Source: a virus
Reading direction: 5' to 3' (one strand)
IMG/VR virus record: IMGVR_UViG_3300006111_000001
Length of the DNA: 59,891 bases
Position 1 is the first letter of the stretch; the number at the start of each line of letters is the position of its first letter. Both the position numbers and the translations under genes were made by a program. Below, one piece after another: positions 18,626 to 27,904 of this stretch. The notes under the pieces were generated by a model. The model did no database searches and was not told the origin of the DNA. It worked only from the letters and a program-made list of their open reading frames with translations.

Positions 18626-19122
18626 TATTCGCGCCCTAATTCAGTGCCGCCCTTACCAATGTCGGTGCGGTCATAACGCTCCATGTGCTTCTTATCCATG
18701 GCCTTTTGTTCTTCTTCGTGGCGCGTATGCATGTCGCGGCGCTCTTTTTCATGCCGCGTGTGCATTTCCTTGCGTTCGGTCGCGTGCAATTCGGAAACAT
18801 GCACCATGTCGTCATTGCCACCCATGGTGCCTTCTTTGCCCACCATTTTCTTATCGCCAGCATGCGGCGTGGCTTCACGATCCGCCGTCTTTTCAGCAGC
18901 CGCAGCGGCCTTTTTCGGCGCCACGGCGCGATCCGTGTCACCCTCAGATTTCACGGTTTCAATATGCGGCGGTGTGCCATAACGCTTCTCGCCTTTGGAT
19001 TTTGCTTTGGGATATTCGCTCATCGTATCAGCCCTTCTTAACAGTGACCCGGCCATAACGACGCGCGGCCTTTGAATTATGCTGCAATCCAATGACCTTT
19101 TCGGCTTTGTTGGCCCGGTCAA
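18625..19122 (-). CDS. Hypothetical charged His/Lys/Glu-rich protein
   Basis: 165 aa track ORF (real start may be the internal MSEYPKAKSKGEK); repeated ERKEMHTRHEKERRDMHTRHEEE segments. Confidence 0.35.
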   Translation of the reverse strand: MTGPTKPKRSLDCSIIQRPRVVMAGSLLRRADTMSEYPKAKSKGEKRYGTPPHIETVKSEGDTDRAVAPKKAAAAAEKTADREATPHAGDKKMVGKEGTMGGNDDMVHVSELHATERKEMHTRHEKERRDMHTRHEEEQKAMDKKHMERYDRTDIGKGGTELGRE

Positions 19123-19231
19123 TGGAACTTACAGTTTCCACAGAATCATCGTCATCGGCAAAAACAGGTTCATCTTTGTAAGACGATCCGTCTTTTTCGA
19201 CTTTCTTGCCCTTTTTGATCCATTTGGCCAT
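19028..19231 (-). CDS. Small basic protein
   Basis: 67 aa, Lys-rich (MAKWIKKGKKVEKDG...). Confidence 0.35.
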   Translation of the reverse strand: MAKWIKKGKKVEKDGSSYKDEPVFADDDDSVETVSSIDRANKAEKVIGLQHNSKAARRYGRVTVKKG

Positions 19232-19521
19232 CAGCGCACCACTCCTTTCGGGGCATACCGTTTTGATACCTTATGGCTCATTCCCATTAAGGTTTCAGCC
19301 AATCGCGCTTCGCGGCCCAGCTTGCCCGGCGCATCGGCTTTTTCGGCGGCATATTCGCGCGTGGTTTTACCAGCCCGTTCCGCCTTTTTGCGAAACGTGC
19401 CTTTGTTGTTCCCAACCGCACCTTTGATCCAATTAGCCACCGTCAGACCCCTTAGACTTATACCGGCGATACGCCTTTGATTTGTGCTCAGGTAACTTTC
19501 CAGGCTTGTCAGCCGCCACAA
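19231..19521 (-). CDS. Small basic protein
   Basis: 96 aa, K/R-rich; partly overlaps the 61-aa ORF 19433..19618, so boundaries are uncertain. Confidence 0.35.
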   Translation of the reverse strand: MWRLTSLESYLSTNQRRIAGISLRGLTVANWIKGAVGNNKGTFRKKAERAGKTTREYAAEKADAPGKLGREARLAETLMGMSHKVSKRYAPKGVVR

Positions 19522-19842
19522 ACTCTTTAGCCACCTTTTGCGACACGCCCGCTAAACCGCCCTTTTTTGATGCAGCGGCATACATAAGAGCGCGTTGACT
19601 TTGCGAGACAGGCGGCATGGATCACCTATTTAAACGACGAAGCCAGCGTGTATTTGTGCCAATCAACATCTTGCCTTGCATCCACATGCGTGACCACCGG
19701 AGCGCCGCCCGCTTTGTTCGGCTGTTTCGGCGCACTCATGCGTAACTCGCAAAATACGTGTAATTCCACCACGTTGAAGCGGTATCCGCATCAATGCGCG
19801 TTTTGGTCAAAGCCGCAGCGCCAACATCACATGGATTAGCCA

Positions 19843-20457
19843 TTAGATTGCCTCACGTCCGATTTGAGCATAAGTTTTCGGCGTAGGCCGTTCATTGGCC
19901 GAGCTTTGCGGCGTGGTCGAAATAACCGGGCTTGCCTTGCGCGGACGCCCGCCACGATTACGTATCGCAGCAGCATCTTCCGTGTGCGGCATGGTCGGCA
20001 CTTCCGAGCGATCCACCGGCATGGCTACAACCACTTCATTGGCCGTCCGGCGCGCATGCTGCAAATTCTGCGCAATCAGCACGCCATTATCGGTCACAAG
20101 ACCTTCGAACGGGCGCCCGTGCAATTGAGCGGTTTGACGCGCCGCATCGGTCAGCATGCCGATAAATTCTTGCATCCGCTTTTCAGCGGCTTTGTTGAGC
20201 GGCACCATTTCCAGATTGGGCGTGCCGATATATTCAACAATGTCCCCTTCCATGCGAAGCGTATCATCTTCGAAATAGCACGGAGAGTTTAGCTTGTATT
20301 TCGGCACCTCACCGTTGAACACGGGACGCGAAATGGTATTGCCTTGCAATTCGGCAAGACGGGCGCGCAGCGCCTCATTCTCAGCCTTAATGCTGGCTAA
20401 ATCTGATCCGCCAAGAGCTTCGGTCGCGGTATTGCCGCCTTCATCATCGTAACGCAT
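19843..20457 (-). CDS. Hypothetical protein
   Basis: 204 aa ORF downstream of the capsid-region terminator-like hairpin. Confidence 0.45.
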   Translation of the reverse strand: MRYDDEGGNTATEALGGSDLASIKAENEALRARLAELQGNTISRPVFNGEVPKYKLNSPCYFEDDTLRMEGDIVEYIGTPNLEMVPLNKAAEKRMQEFIGMLTDAARQTAQLHGRPFEGLVTDNGVLIAQNLQHARRTANEVVVAMPVDRSEVPTMPHTEDAAAIRNRGGRPRKASPVISTTPQSSANERPTPKTYAQIGREAI

Positions 20458-20490
20458 TATAGCGCTCCAAAATTAGTTATAGGGTCAAAA

Positions 20491-20520
20491 CCCTCCCGGT
20501 TTTTAGGCCGGGAGGGCCAG
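20491..20520 (-). terminator. Putative intrinsic terminator after the capsid gene block
   Basis: Perfect 9-bp GC-rich inverted repeat CCCTCCCGG / CCGGGAGGG with an 8-nt loop, followed on the transcribed (minus) strand by UUUU; sits between the 169-aa ORF and the next gene. Confidence 0.4.
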
Positions 20521-20529
20521 AACTAAATG

Positions 20530-21039
20530 CTACGATACAGAATAGCCAGCAGCGTAGAGAGCTTGCGTGTCGTAGCTATCTTCGCGCTGAATAACGATGC
20601 CACCGATGACATTGCCAGACGAAATGGATTCCGTGTTGGCATTGCCAGCCACAACCATGTTAATCCGGTAATAGCGCGGCAAAGCGGCGCCAGCCGGACG
20701 ACGCGGCACGTCAATGGGCAGCACGAAATAACCGGCCTTGTAAGACGCGGTTGAAGCCGTGCCGCTTTCGGCATAGGTGGTCCAGGTGGTGGAATTGGTC
20801 GAACCTTGGAATTGGAAATTCAGGGTCAGCGACGTACAAGCGCAAGTGATGCCGGTGCTTAATTGCAAGGCAACCTTGGGAATGTACAGGCCATCGCCGA
20901 TGCCCAAATCTTCAAACACGCCCATGTCGATGACGGATGATGCCGTGGTTGCAGTCGTGACCAGCGAAACATATTCGCCACCCGTAAATGCAAACGCGGA
21001 ACCGGAGTGATAGAAAAGTGTATTAACGTCGAACAACAT
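20530..21039 (-). CDS. Hypothetical beta-rich protein immediately downstream of capsid gene
   Basis: 169 aa, T/S/G-rich; position suggests a capsid accessory/decoration role. Confidence 0.4.
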   Translation of the reverse strand: MLFDVNTLFYHSGSAFAFTGGEYVSLVTTATTASSVIDMGVFEDLGIGDGLYIPKVALQLSTGITCACTSLTLNFQFQGSTNSTTWTTYAESGTASTASYKAGYFVLPIDVPRRPAGAALPRYYRINMVVAGNANTESISSGNVIGGIVIQREDSYDTQALYAAGYSVS

Positions 21040-21051
21040 TGTTCCGGCTCC

Positions 21052-22092
21052 TCAGACTAGGGTGGCTTCGGTGTTTACGAGCGTGTCGCAAACACGAATG
21101 GGGATGCCACGGAACTCGACAACCGGCTCACCGGCATACTCCGTGGGTTTCAACAACACGTTCTTGTCGCGGATAGCCTGAATGTCCAGGTACTCGCGGA
21201 CGGTACGGTTGACATAGAATGCCGGGCTGATACCGGGCGCCGGTTCATCCGGAGCATCCGTTTCCGTAATGCCAGATGCGCGCTTGGTCAGCGTCGGTAA
21301 ACGCACAACCGCCTTGCTCATGTAATAGAACAGGTCAGGCGGCGTTGAACCTTGCAGACCGACCGTTGTGGTGTCAATATTGGCAATGCGGCAAATATAA
21401 CGCCAATCCTTGGTGACCAAACCCGCATTCCATTGGAAATACGAGGTATAGGCCGGGAAGGGATTGTTGGCGGCGTCATAACCCGGAACCACATCCCCAC
21501 GATCTTCAAACACCAGACCAGCCTTCGACCCTTGCGGGAAAATGCCAAAGCAAGTGTTGTCACCCCAGCCAACAAGCCAGATTGAAGCGTTTGACGACCC
21601 GGTGCCACCGGCGTCAATCACGTTCTGAGCATTGGCGGCAGTGGTGGCCGTCTTGGTATTAAAGCGCGGCGAGAAACCCGTGAACTGGGTCGGAGCCGTG
21701 GACACGTTGCCATAGAACAGCGTGGTTGCCATTTGCTGGCTCAAACCTTCCAAATGGGCGTTATCTTCCGACATGCGAACTTGTGCGACCTTGCCGCCCA
21801 ATTCCGCCACCATCTTGTCAACTTGGCTATAAGCAGCCAATTGGCCAATGGCATCGGTCACTTGCGCCGTGCGCGACTTGGTGTAAGGAACGCCACCATA
21901 AGCCGCGCGCCAGGTGCCTTGCGGCAGACCGGTGCGGATCGTGCTTTTGTGACCAGTCGGCAGGTTGGATTCAACCCACAGCATGTCCTTAAACACTTCG
22001 TTGCACTGAGACAACAATTCAGCAATTTCCGCCACCGACCCATCCGGGTCCATGCGACGGGTCACGTCCAGAAGGGAAAGGTAAGCCATCAA
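21052..22092 (-). CDS. Putative major capsid protein
   Basis: 346 aa (T7 gp10A is 345 aa), directly after a scaffold-like acidic protein and before a terminator-like hairpin; position and size only. Confidence 0.5.
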   Translation of the reverse strand: MMAYLSLLDVTRRMDPDGSVAEIAELLSQCNEVFKDMLWVESNLPTGHKSTIRTGLPQGTWRAAYGGVPYTKSRTAQVTDAIGQLAAYSQVDKMVAELGGKVAQVRMSEDNAHLEGLSQQMATTLFYGNVSTAPTQFTGFSPRFNTKTATTAANAQNVIDAGGTGSSNASIWLVGWGDNTCFGIFPQGSKAGLVFEDRGDVVPGYDAANNPFPAYTSYFQWNAGLVTKDWRYICRIANIDTTTVGLQGSTPPDLFYYMSKAVVRLPTLTKRASGITETDAPDEPAPGISPAFYVNRTVREYLDIQAIRDKNVLLKPTEYAGEPVVEFRGIPIRVCDTLVNTEATLV

Positions 22093-22946
22093 TTTGCTCC
22101 ACTAGAGGCGGAATAACGTCTATCCGCGCGAGATTTAAGAACTGGTGCTTTCGGAGTGTTGGCAGCGACGGGACGTGCAGTCTCGACGGTTTTGCCAGCG
22201 ACCCAATTGACAAAACGGATGACTTCGGGATGATCCCCGGCCCCCGTTACGCGAAGCGCATTGCGTAATGCCGCTTCCTTTTCCGGCCCAACGATGGAGC
22301 CGTAGCGTTCAATAACCGCCCCCGCCTTGCGGATCGTCGTTTCTTGACGATTGCCACCAATGTCAGGGTCTTTGCGGAATTCATCTTTCCAGCTATCGCG
22401 CACTTTGTTCCATGTCTCTAATTGGACATTTTGAACCCGCTCCGCGCTTGCCTTTTGCTCGCTAATGAAGAAATCGACCAACTGTTGACCAAGGGCTTGC
22501 GCCGCATCATGCGGCACATTGGCCTTTACTTCGAACTCACCAAGCAACTTATTAAAATCACCAACTAACTTTTCATCCAGCTTGATGCCTTCCGGCACCG
22601 CGAATGTTTCATAAGACGGCAGAACCACGGCATCGGTCGATTCGGGCGCCTTTGCCTCATCAGACTTTGCCTCAATTTCTTTGGCTTCCGGCTCTTTGGT
22701 CCGAGCCTCGCTTAACAGCGTTTCGCCGGTATCAGCGACCTTTGGGGTTTCAGCAGCCGCGATATCCGGCGTTTGTGCAACGTCTGGCGTTGTTGTGGGT
22801 GTCGCGTTATCGGGTGCTGAAAAAGTCGCCGGTGTCGCGCTCGCATCCGGCACAGACACCGGCGCAGTTACCGCGCCCGCCCCTTGGCTTGCAGGTGCGG
22901 GGATGGTTGCCGCAATGTCTTGAATTGGATCAGGCACGCTGGTCAT
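22089..22946 (-). CDS. Putative scaffolding protein
   Basis: 285 aa; Pro/Thr/Ala-rich acidic N-terminal half and helical C-terminal half; stop overlaps the capsid-candidate start. Confidence 0.45.
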   Translation of the reverse strand: MTSVPDPIQDIAATIPAPASQGAGAVTAPVSVPDASATPATFSAPDNATPTTTPDVAQTPDIAAAETPKVADTGETLLSEARTKEPEAKEIEAKSDEAKAPESTDAVVLPSYETFAVPEGIKLDEKLVGDFNKLLGEFEVKANVPHDAAQALGQQLVDFFISEQKASAERVQNVQLETWNKVRDSWKDEFRKDPDIGGNRQETTIRKAGAVIERYGSIVGPEKEAALRNALRVTGAGDHPEVIRFVNWVAGKTVETARPVAANTPKAPVLKSRADRRYSASSGAN

Positions 22947-23298
22947 TCTCCGAAATCATTAAGGCGGCATTGGCAGGATCGACAGCGCACAAGAAACGCA
23001 ACAGGTTTAGACCAACTTCACGTTGACCCTCGTAAAACCCGTTTTCGTGTTCCCCCGTCATACTTATGCGCTTTTCCCAAATGCCCGTATCTGAAAGGAT
23101 TTGCCACAGCCATTCACGGCCATAAAGCGACCCCAAAATAGTCGCAGCGACCTCCCGCCGTTTAACTTCCCTTACTTGCGACTCTTGCTCCGCCAGCTTT
23201 ATTGCTTTTGGATCAGAGGCATCAAAGGCCGGTTTTTTGGTACGTGGACGACGCGGCAAGTTCATAGCCTTAACCACTAACCCGACGCATAAGCGCAA
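22930..23298 (-). CDS. Hypothetical protein
   Basis: 122 aa; real start may be the internal ATG near 23264 because the recurrent TGCGTCGGGTT motif lies within the annotated N-terminus. Confidence 0.35.
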   Translation of the reverse strand: MRLCVGLVVKAMNLPRRPRTKKPAFDASDPKAIKLAEQESQVREVKRREVAATILGSLYGREWLWQILSDTGIWEKRISMTGEHENGFYEGQREVGLNLLRFLCAVDPANAALMISENDQRA

Positions 23299-23428
23299 AT
23301 GTTCAAATGGGTCACAGATGGGTGCTAAATGATGTAATGATGGGTGCTGATATGGGTAAAAAGCAGTCTTGAAAATTGCTGCGTCGGGTTATCATTAATT
23401 CATAAATCAACCATCATGAGGCCAAGGC

Positions 23429-23614
23429 ATGATGTCCACTAGCGCAGAGACAAACGCCCCCGTTGCGTACCCATTGGTGCGCGTCAATTTATATATGGCT
23501 GAACACGTCATTAGGCTGATCGACAATGAAGCAATCCGCCGTGGTGTCAGCCGGTCAGAAATGATCCGGCGCGGGCTTGATCCGATGTTGGAAAAATTAC
23601 GGGGTGCCAGGTGA
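23429..23614 (+). CDS. Ribbon-helix-helix (CopG/Arc-like) DNA-binding protein
   Basis: 61 aa; ...EHVIRLIDNEAIRRGVSRSEMIRRGLDPMLEK is a typical RHH pattern; the only plus-strand gene inside the minus-strand late operon. Confidence 0.55.
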   Translation: MMSTSAETNAPVAYPLVRVNLYMAEHVIRLIDNEAIRRGVSRSEMIRRGLDPMLEKLRGAR

Positions 23615-23742
23615 CAGACATTCAATTTGCAACACTTGTTGCTCTTATCGTGGCCATTGGTCCATTGTGGCTTTTGGGTATAATCCAATGGTCAATGTCT
23701 ATTTATGACGAATATCATCGCCGCAGGGGATATTGGAAATAA
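23611..23742 (+). CDS. Small hydrophobic peptide translationally coupled to the RHH gene
   Basis: 43 codons from GTG overlapping the RHH stop (GTGA): VTDIQFATLVALIVAIGPLWLLGIIQWSMSIYDEYHRRRGYWK; one predicted transmembrane helix. Not in the ORF track (<60 aa). Confidence 0.3.
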   Translation: MTDIQFATLVALIVAIGPLWLLGIIQWSMSIYDEYHRRRGYWK

Positions 23743-24147
23743 TACCAATTGTGACACGCGCAATCAGCGATGATAATTTAATTTGACCGCTTGAGCATAA
23801 AGCAGATTAAACGCGCGATCAGACAATTCAATGCGCACCGGCTGACCATTTGATCCAACGCCGGTAATCAAATATTGCTGGCCGTCATAACTTAAATTGG
23901 CTGTTTGAGCGGGCTTATAATCATCCATGGGGCGCTTCCAACCATGAATCGGGGAAACCTTCTCTGATTTCCATTGGCACAGGCCCGCTTGACGGTATCC
24001 GCCGCACATAACCGCTTGACGTGCATTTGTATGCCTCAAAGGCACAAGACGCCAACATTTGTTCGCGGCCCGTTGAATTTAGCTTTTTGCCGTTAATCCG
24101 GATAGATCGCACATAGTCAATTAATTCATTGGGCGTCTTAACCTGAA

Positions 24148-24474
24148 TCACTTTAGCGCCTTTCTCATATCCGCAATGACCTCCGGATGGTCATTGATAA
24201 ACTGCAATAGAAACGGGGATATTGCCCGAATAACCCGTTCCTCCTCTTTCATTGGCAATCCAACCATAGACGTGCGGAATATCGTGTGAAGTAATTCATG
24301 CAAGAATGTTTCAGCTCGCACTTGCTGTTCTAAATCTTGGTCAATCCTGATTGTGGATTTGTGATCCAGAAACACGCCTTGGGTGTCATCGTAAAAATCA
24401 TATAGCTCTACTTTGATTTTTCGATACCCAACGCGGATTTCTGTTGGAAGTTTCATGCCGCCCACCGTACCCAA
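24148..24474 (-). CDS. Small protein with HExxH motif (possible mini-zincin)
   Basis: 108 aa; ...ETFLHELLHTIF... motif. Confidence 0.4.
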   Translation of the reverse strand: MGTVGGMKLPTEIRVGYRKIKVELYDFYDDTQGVFLDHKSTIRIDQDLEQQVRAETFLHELLHTIFRTSMVGLPMKEEERVIRAISPFLLQFINDHPEVIADMRKALK

Positions 24475-25820
24475 TCAGATTGATTAACCGTCACTTGATC
24501 TTCGAGATAGACCGGCACTTGGAATGTCACCCCGCGCTTAGGATGGGTCCACCAAAGAGCTTGAATAGGCGACTGATACCGCGCGCGCAGGAATAGCCGC
24601 GCATATTCGTCATAACCTTTCAACGTTCCGTTTACGATCACGCCGGGCAGCGGCAAGTATTGATGCCAATGCCCCATAATGACGGTATCGAAATCCCGGC
24701 CAATTTGAGATTCGGAACCGTGCAGCTTCACGGTCCCGCGCAGGATCGGCCCTAATGCGCCAATGATTCCATCGCCGCCCTTAACCCCCAGCGCATCACC
24801 ATGGGTTAAAAGATACCGATGCCCCGCCACGCAATAATGGGCATCCGTTTCCCCAGGAATATAAAACCGTACCCGGTCATCGCCCGCAAACCGCTGTTCA
24901 AGCCACGTATAAAGCAGCCATTCATAAGACGTGTGAACCCGTTGCTTTGACCTTGGCTTTTTGCCCATACGCCCATGATTGCCCACGACGCAAGGCACAA
25001 ACACTTTGCCAAACCGCTCTGCCATGGTTTCAATGGCGCGAATCAATTGACCCATTAGCCAAACTAAAGTTGGCGCCGTCCGCATTTCATTGGTCTGGGT
25101 CAATTCATCGTGCAGGTCATCCCCGGAAATCATATCCCCGCCCAAATTGACTACAATACCGGGATATTCAGGGGATGATAAGTGATGGATGCACAAATCA
25201 ACAATGCGCTCGACCAGCGATTTTATGCGCCGTTCGGCAATTTCAAGATTGAATTCATTGACCCCCGCCACTTCAATCCGGTCAACCCGCTCGCCCACAT
25301 GCCAATCTGACCACATCGTACTAGGTACGCCAGGCGCCCCCGCCACACTGGTTGAATTAACAACCCAATCAGGAATAATGATCGGCAACCGGGACAGGTT
25401 GAATATTTCTTCCCTGATCCGTTCAGCGGATAGGCTTTCCCGGTGCGCCTCGGTCAATTGCTTTGTTAAAACATCAATCCGGTCTTTGAACTTGATCCGC
25501 TCGCGTTCGGCAAGTGGCGTTTGATCAAGCGCAATGCTAACCGGCTCTCCCGATATTTGTTCAAATGTGCCATCCGATTTTAACCGGAATCGCGGCTTTT
25601 CATTGGCAGCTTTCGGTATCTCTGACGCAACCAGACCTCGTTTAAACCCGGCATTACACCGCGTTTCGAATGTCCCGCGCGGGATTCCCTTGTCTCCCGT
25701 GGGCTGCATTTGCTTATCAAGAACCGACGCAAATTGCGACGCCATCAAATGCGTTTTATGCCGGGCATATAAATCCACAGCTTCTTGCAATGCCCATTGT
25801 GGAATTTTATGCCCGGCCAT
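24453..25820 (-). CDS. Calcineurin-like metallophosphoesterase
   Basis: 455 aa; ordered motifs GGDMISGDD, GNHG, THGD, GHWH typical of the metallophosphatase fold; N-terminal ~200 aa extension. Confidence 0.7.
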   Translation of the reverse strand: MAGHKIPQWALQEAVDLYARHKTHLMASQFASVLDKQMQPTGDKGIPRGTFETRCNAGFKRGLVASEIPKAANEKPRFRLKSDGTFEQISGEPVSIALDQTPLAERERIKFKDRIDVLTKQLTEAHRESLSAERIREEIFNLSRLPIIIPDWVVNSTSVAGAPGVPSTMWSDWHVGERVDRIEVAGVNEFNLEIAERRIKSLVERIVDLCIHHLSSPEYPGIVVNLGGDMISGDDLHDELTQTNEMRTAPTLVWLMGQLIRAIETMAERFGKVFVPCVVGNHGRMGKKPRSKQRVHTSYEWLLYTWLEQRFAGDDRVRFYIPGETDAHYCVAGHRYLLTHGDALGVKGGDGIIGALGPILRGTVKLHGSESQIGRDFDTVIMGHWHQYLPLPGVIVNGTLKGYDEYARLFLRARYQSPIQALWWTHPKRGVTFQVPVYLEDQVTVNQSDWVRWAA

Positions 25821-25827
25821 GGTTCAC

Positions 25828-27513
25828 CTATGCCGCAACTTGAACTTTAACCGTCTCAGGCGGCAAATACCTTGCTCGCTCCTCATCGGTTAAGGTTGCA
25901 GGGTTTTTGCACGTGACTTCCAACGTCCCCAAATGAACCACTTGGAATGTCAAATCAACATCGCACCAGATTTGATACCCAGCTTTGCGAACCTTGCGAC
26001 AGAAATTCAAATCTTCCGAAAAATACAAAAATTCTTTGCCGTCATGGCCCAAAGTGTAATTCTCGTTGATCCACTCCGCTAATGGCGTGCCATCCAAACT
26101 GTCCAAAACCTCTTGCGGCGGCACGTCCGTAAAATAATCTTTCAGCAAAGATTTGAACCCATCCAGCCGGGTTTCACCTTGCCAATGATAGGTTTCAAAA
26201 TATGACGGCCATTGCGTCTTGCGGTACACATCACATTTGACCAGCAACAACCCGCCAGGCAGCAACAAAGCTTCCTGTAACCCGCCTTCCATAACCGATT
26301 GCGGGTTTTTAAAGGTCCCCAATGTTTCATAGGGCGGCACGCGCTTATTATAAGTCGCGCCCACAATGTCTTTCTTGTGGTTCAACAACCGAATAAGCGT
26401 ATCCGGTGGAAACTTCATATCTGAATCCACCCACAGGATAAAATCGCATCCTGTATCCAAAGCTTTTTGAACCGTGGAGTTGCGGGAATGCGTAATCATC
26501 GAAGATTGAACATTGATAATGGCGGTATCAATCCCGGCCCGTGCCGAATAAGTCAGCAGCCCCGCCACATCAACCGCCGTTCCCGCTTCCCATGTCCGGC
26601 CAGATGGAATAGCAATACCCACCCGCAACGGACGCGGGATGGATTTTTTAATCTCAGCAATGTGCTTTTCAGCCGCCGCTTTGATTTGCAAATACTTGTC
26701 AGATGGCGCGTGATCCATCTTGGCCGACACTTGCTTGATCAATTCCGGATTGCGCAGGTGCTTAATCTTTTCATAGCAAAAGGCTTGGGCTTGCGGCAAA
26801 CGTTCAAGCATGGCCCGGAACGCAGCCGTTTCTTTGCCGCCAAACGCCACTTCACCCAGAATAAACGCGTCTCGGCACCGAACAGGATGCGTTGCCTCAA
26901 AATAGCCAAGCCAAAATTCAAACTCAACCAAACCGTGAGTAAGCCCCTTGCCTTCGGGCATTAACACATCAAGATCAACCTCGATCAATTGGCCAAACAC
27001 CGTGGCGATTTCATCCCACCACGTATCGCCAAACCAATTTGGAAACCCATTGGGCATGAAATACCCAAGTGTCTCATAGACCTTGCGAGGAATGACCGGC
27101 AGAGACGGAAACCCCTGATGCCCCGCATCCCGCAGGTGCATGACCCCAATCCCATTGACCAGTCCCTTGGCCGCATTAAAAATGCGATTGGGCCATTTGG
27201 CATCATCATCCAAAGTATAGTCATCGGCAAAAGCCATCAGATACTTACCTTGAGATTTTTCAGCCAAAGCATTGTAAACCGCTGCCAATGTCCCATGTCG
27301 CTCACCCAGCACGACGGACAATTGCCGACCGGGGATTTCAAGCGTGCCAAGCAATTCAACCGCTTCGGTATAAGTTGAATCGTCGTCGTCTAGTGCAATA
27401 AGCACTTCGACATTTGGCGGGATTTTGCGGTTAATCATCAAAGATGATACGGCGCGCAAAAGATTGCCGGGACGACCCCGCGACGGGATCAGGACAGAAA
27501 TTTCAATGGTCAT
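25828..27513 (-). CDS. Two-domain glycosyltransferase (GT-A fold, GT2-like N-domain plus second DxD domain)
   Basis: 561 aa; N-terminus ISVLIPSRGRP...ALDDDDS (GT2-like); second domain with WVDSDMKF (DxD) and C-terminal FSEDLNFCRKVRKAGYQIWCD. Confidence 0.65.
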   Translation of the reverse strand: MTIEISVLIPSRGRPGNLLRAVSSLMINRKIPPNVEVLIALDDDDSTYTEAVELLGTLEIPGRQLSVVLGERHGTLAAVYNALAEKSQGKYLMAFADDYTLDDDAKWPNRIFNAAKGLVNGIGVMHLRDAGHQGFPSLPVIPRKVYETLGYFMPNGFPNWFGDTWWDEIATVFGQLIEVDLDVLMPEGKGLTHGLVEFEFWLGYFEATHPVRCRDAFILGEVAFGGKETAAFRAMLERLPQAQAFCYEKIKHLRNPELIKQVSAKMDHAPSDKYLQIKAAAEKHIAEIKKSIPRPLRVGIAIPSGRTWEAGTAVDVAGLLTYSARAGIDTAIINVQSSMITHSRNSTVQKALDTGCDFILWVDSDMKFPPDTLIRLLNHKKDIVGATYNKRVPPYETLGTFKNPQSVMEGGLQEALLLPGGLLLVKCDVYRKTQWPSYFETYHWQGETRLDGFKSLLKDYFTDVPPQEVLDSLDGTPLAEWINENYTLGHDGKEFLYFSEDLNFCRKVRKAGYQIWCDVDLTFQVVHLGTLEVTCKNPATLTDEERARYLPPETVKVQVAA

Positions 27514-27526
27514 GCCAAAGCCCTTT

Positions 27527-27766
27527 TTAATTGCGATACGGAATAATCAAACCCGTCCCTTTGCGCATTAAGCGTTCTGTTTTTTCGCTCATTTCTTCAT
27601 AGATGCCCGCCATAGCAAGCCAGTGCATTGACTTGCGCGAATGAGCCATGCCGCGCGCCAATGTGTGCAATTGCGCCAAATGATCCTTCATGCGCAGGAA
27701 CAATTCGCGCTCGTTAATTTCAGAACCAATATGGTTCTGATATGCTTTCATCGTTGTTTCAGCCAT
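27527..27766 (-). CDS. Hypothetical protein
   Basis: 79 aa ORF. Confidence 0.35.
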   Translation of the reverse strand: MAETTMKAYQNHIGSEINERELFLRMKDHLAQLHTLARGMAHSRKSMHWLAMAGIYEEMSEKTERLMRKGTGLIIPYRN

Positions 27767-27904
27767 GATTCAATTCCCCTGTTAAATGTCGGCTTGCCAT
27801 CCTTATCCGTTTCAAAGCCCCTAAAGCCGGGCGCCCGGACACGCAGGACAGCTTGGTATGCTCGGACAGCCGACTTACCCGCCGGAAATGGCGCCCCACG
27901 AAAC

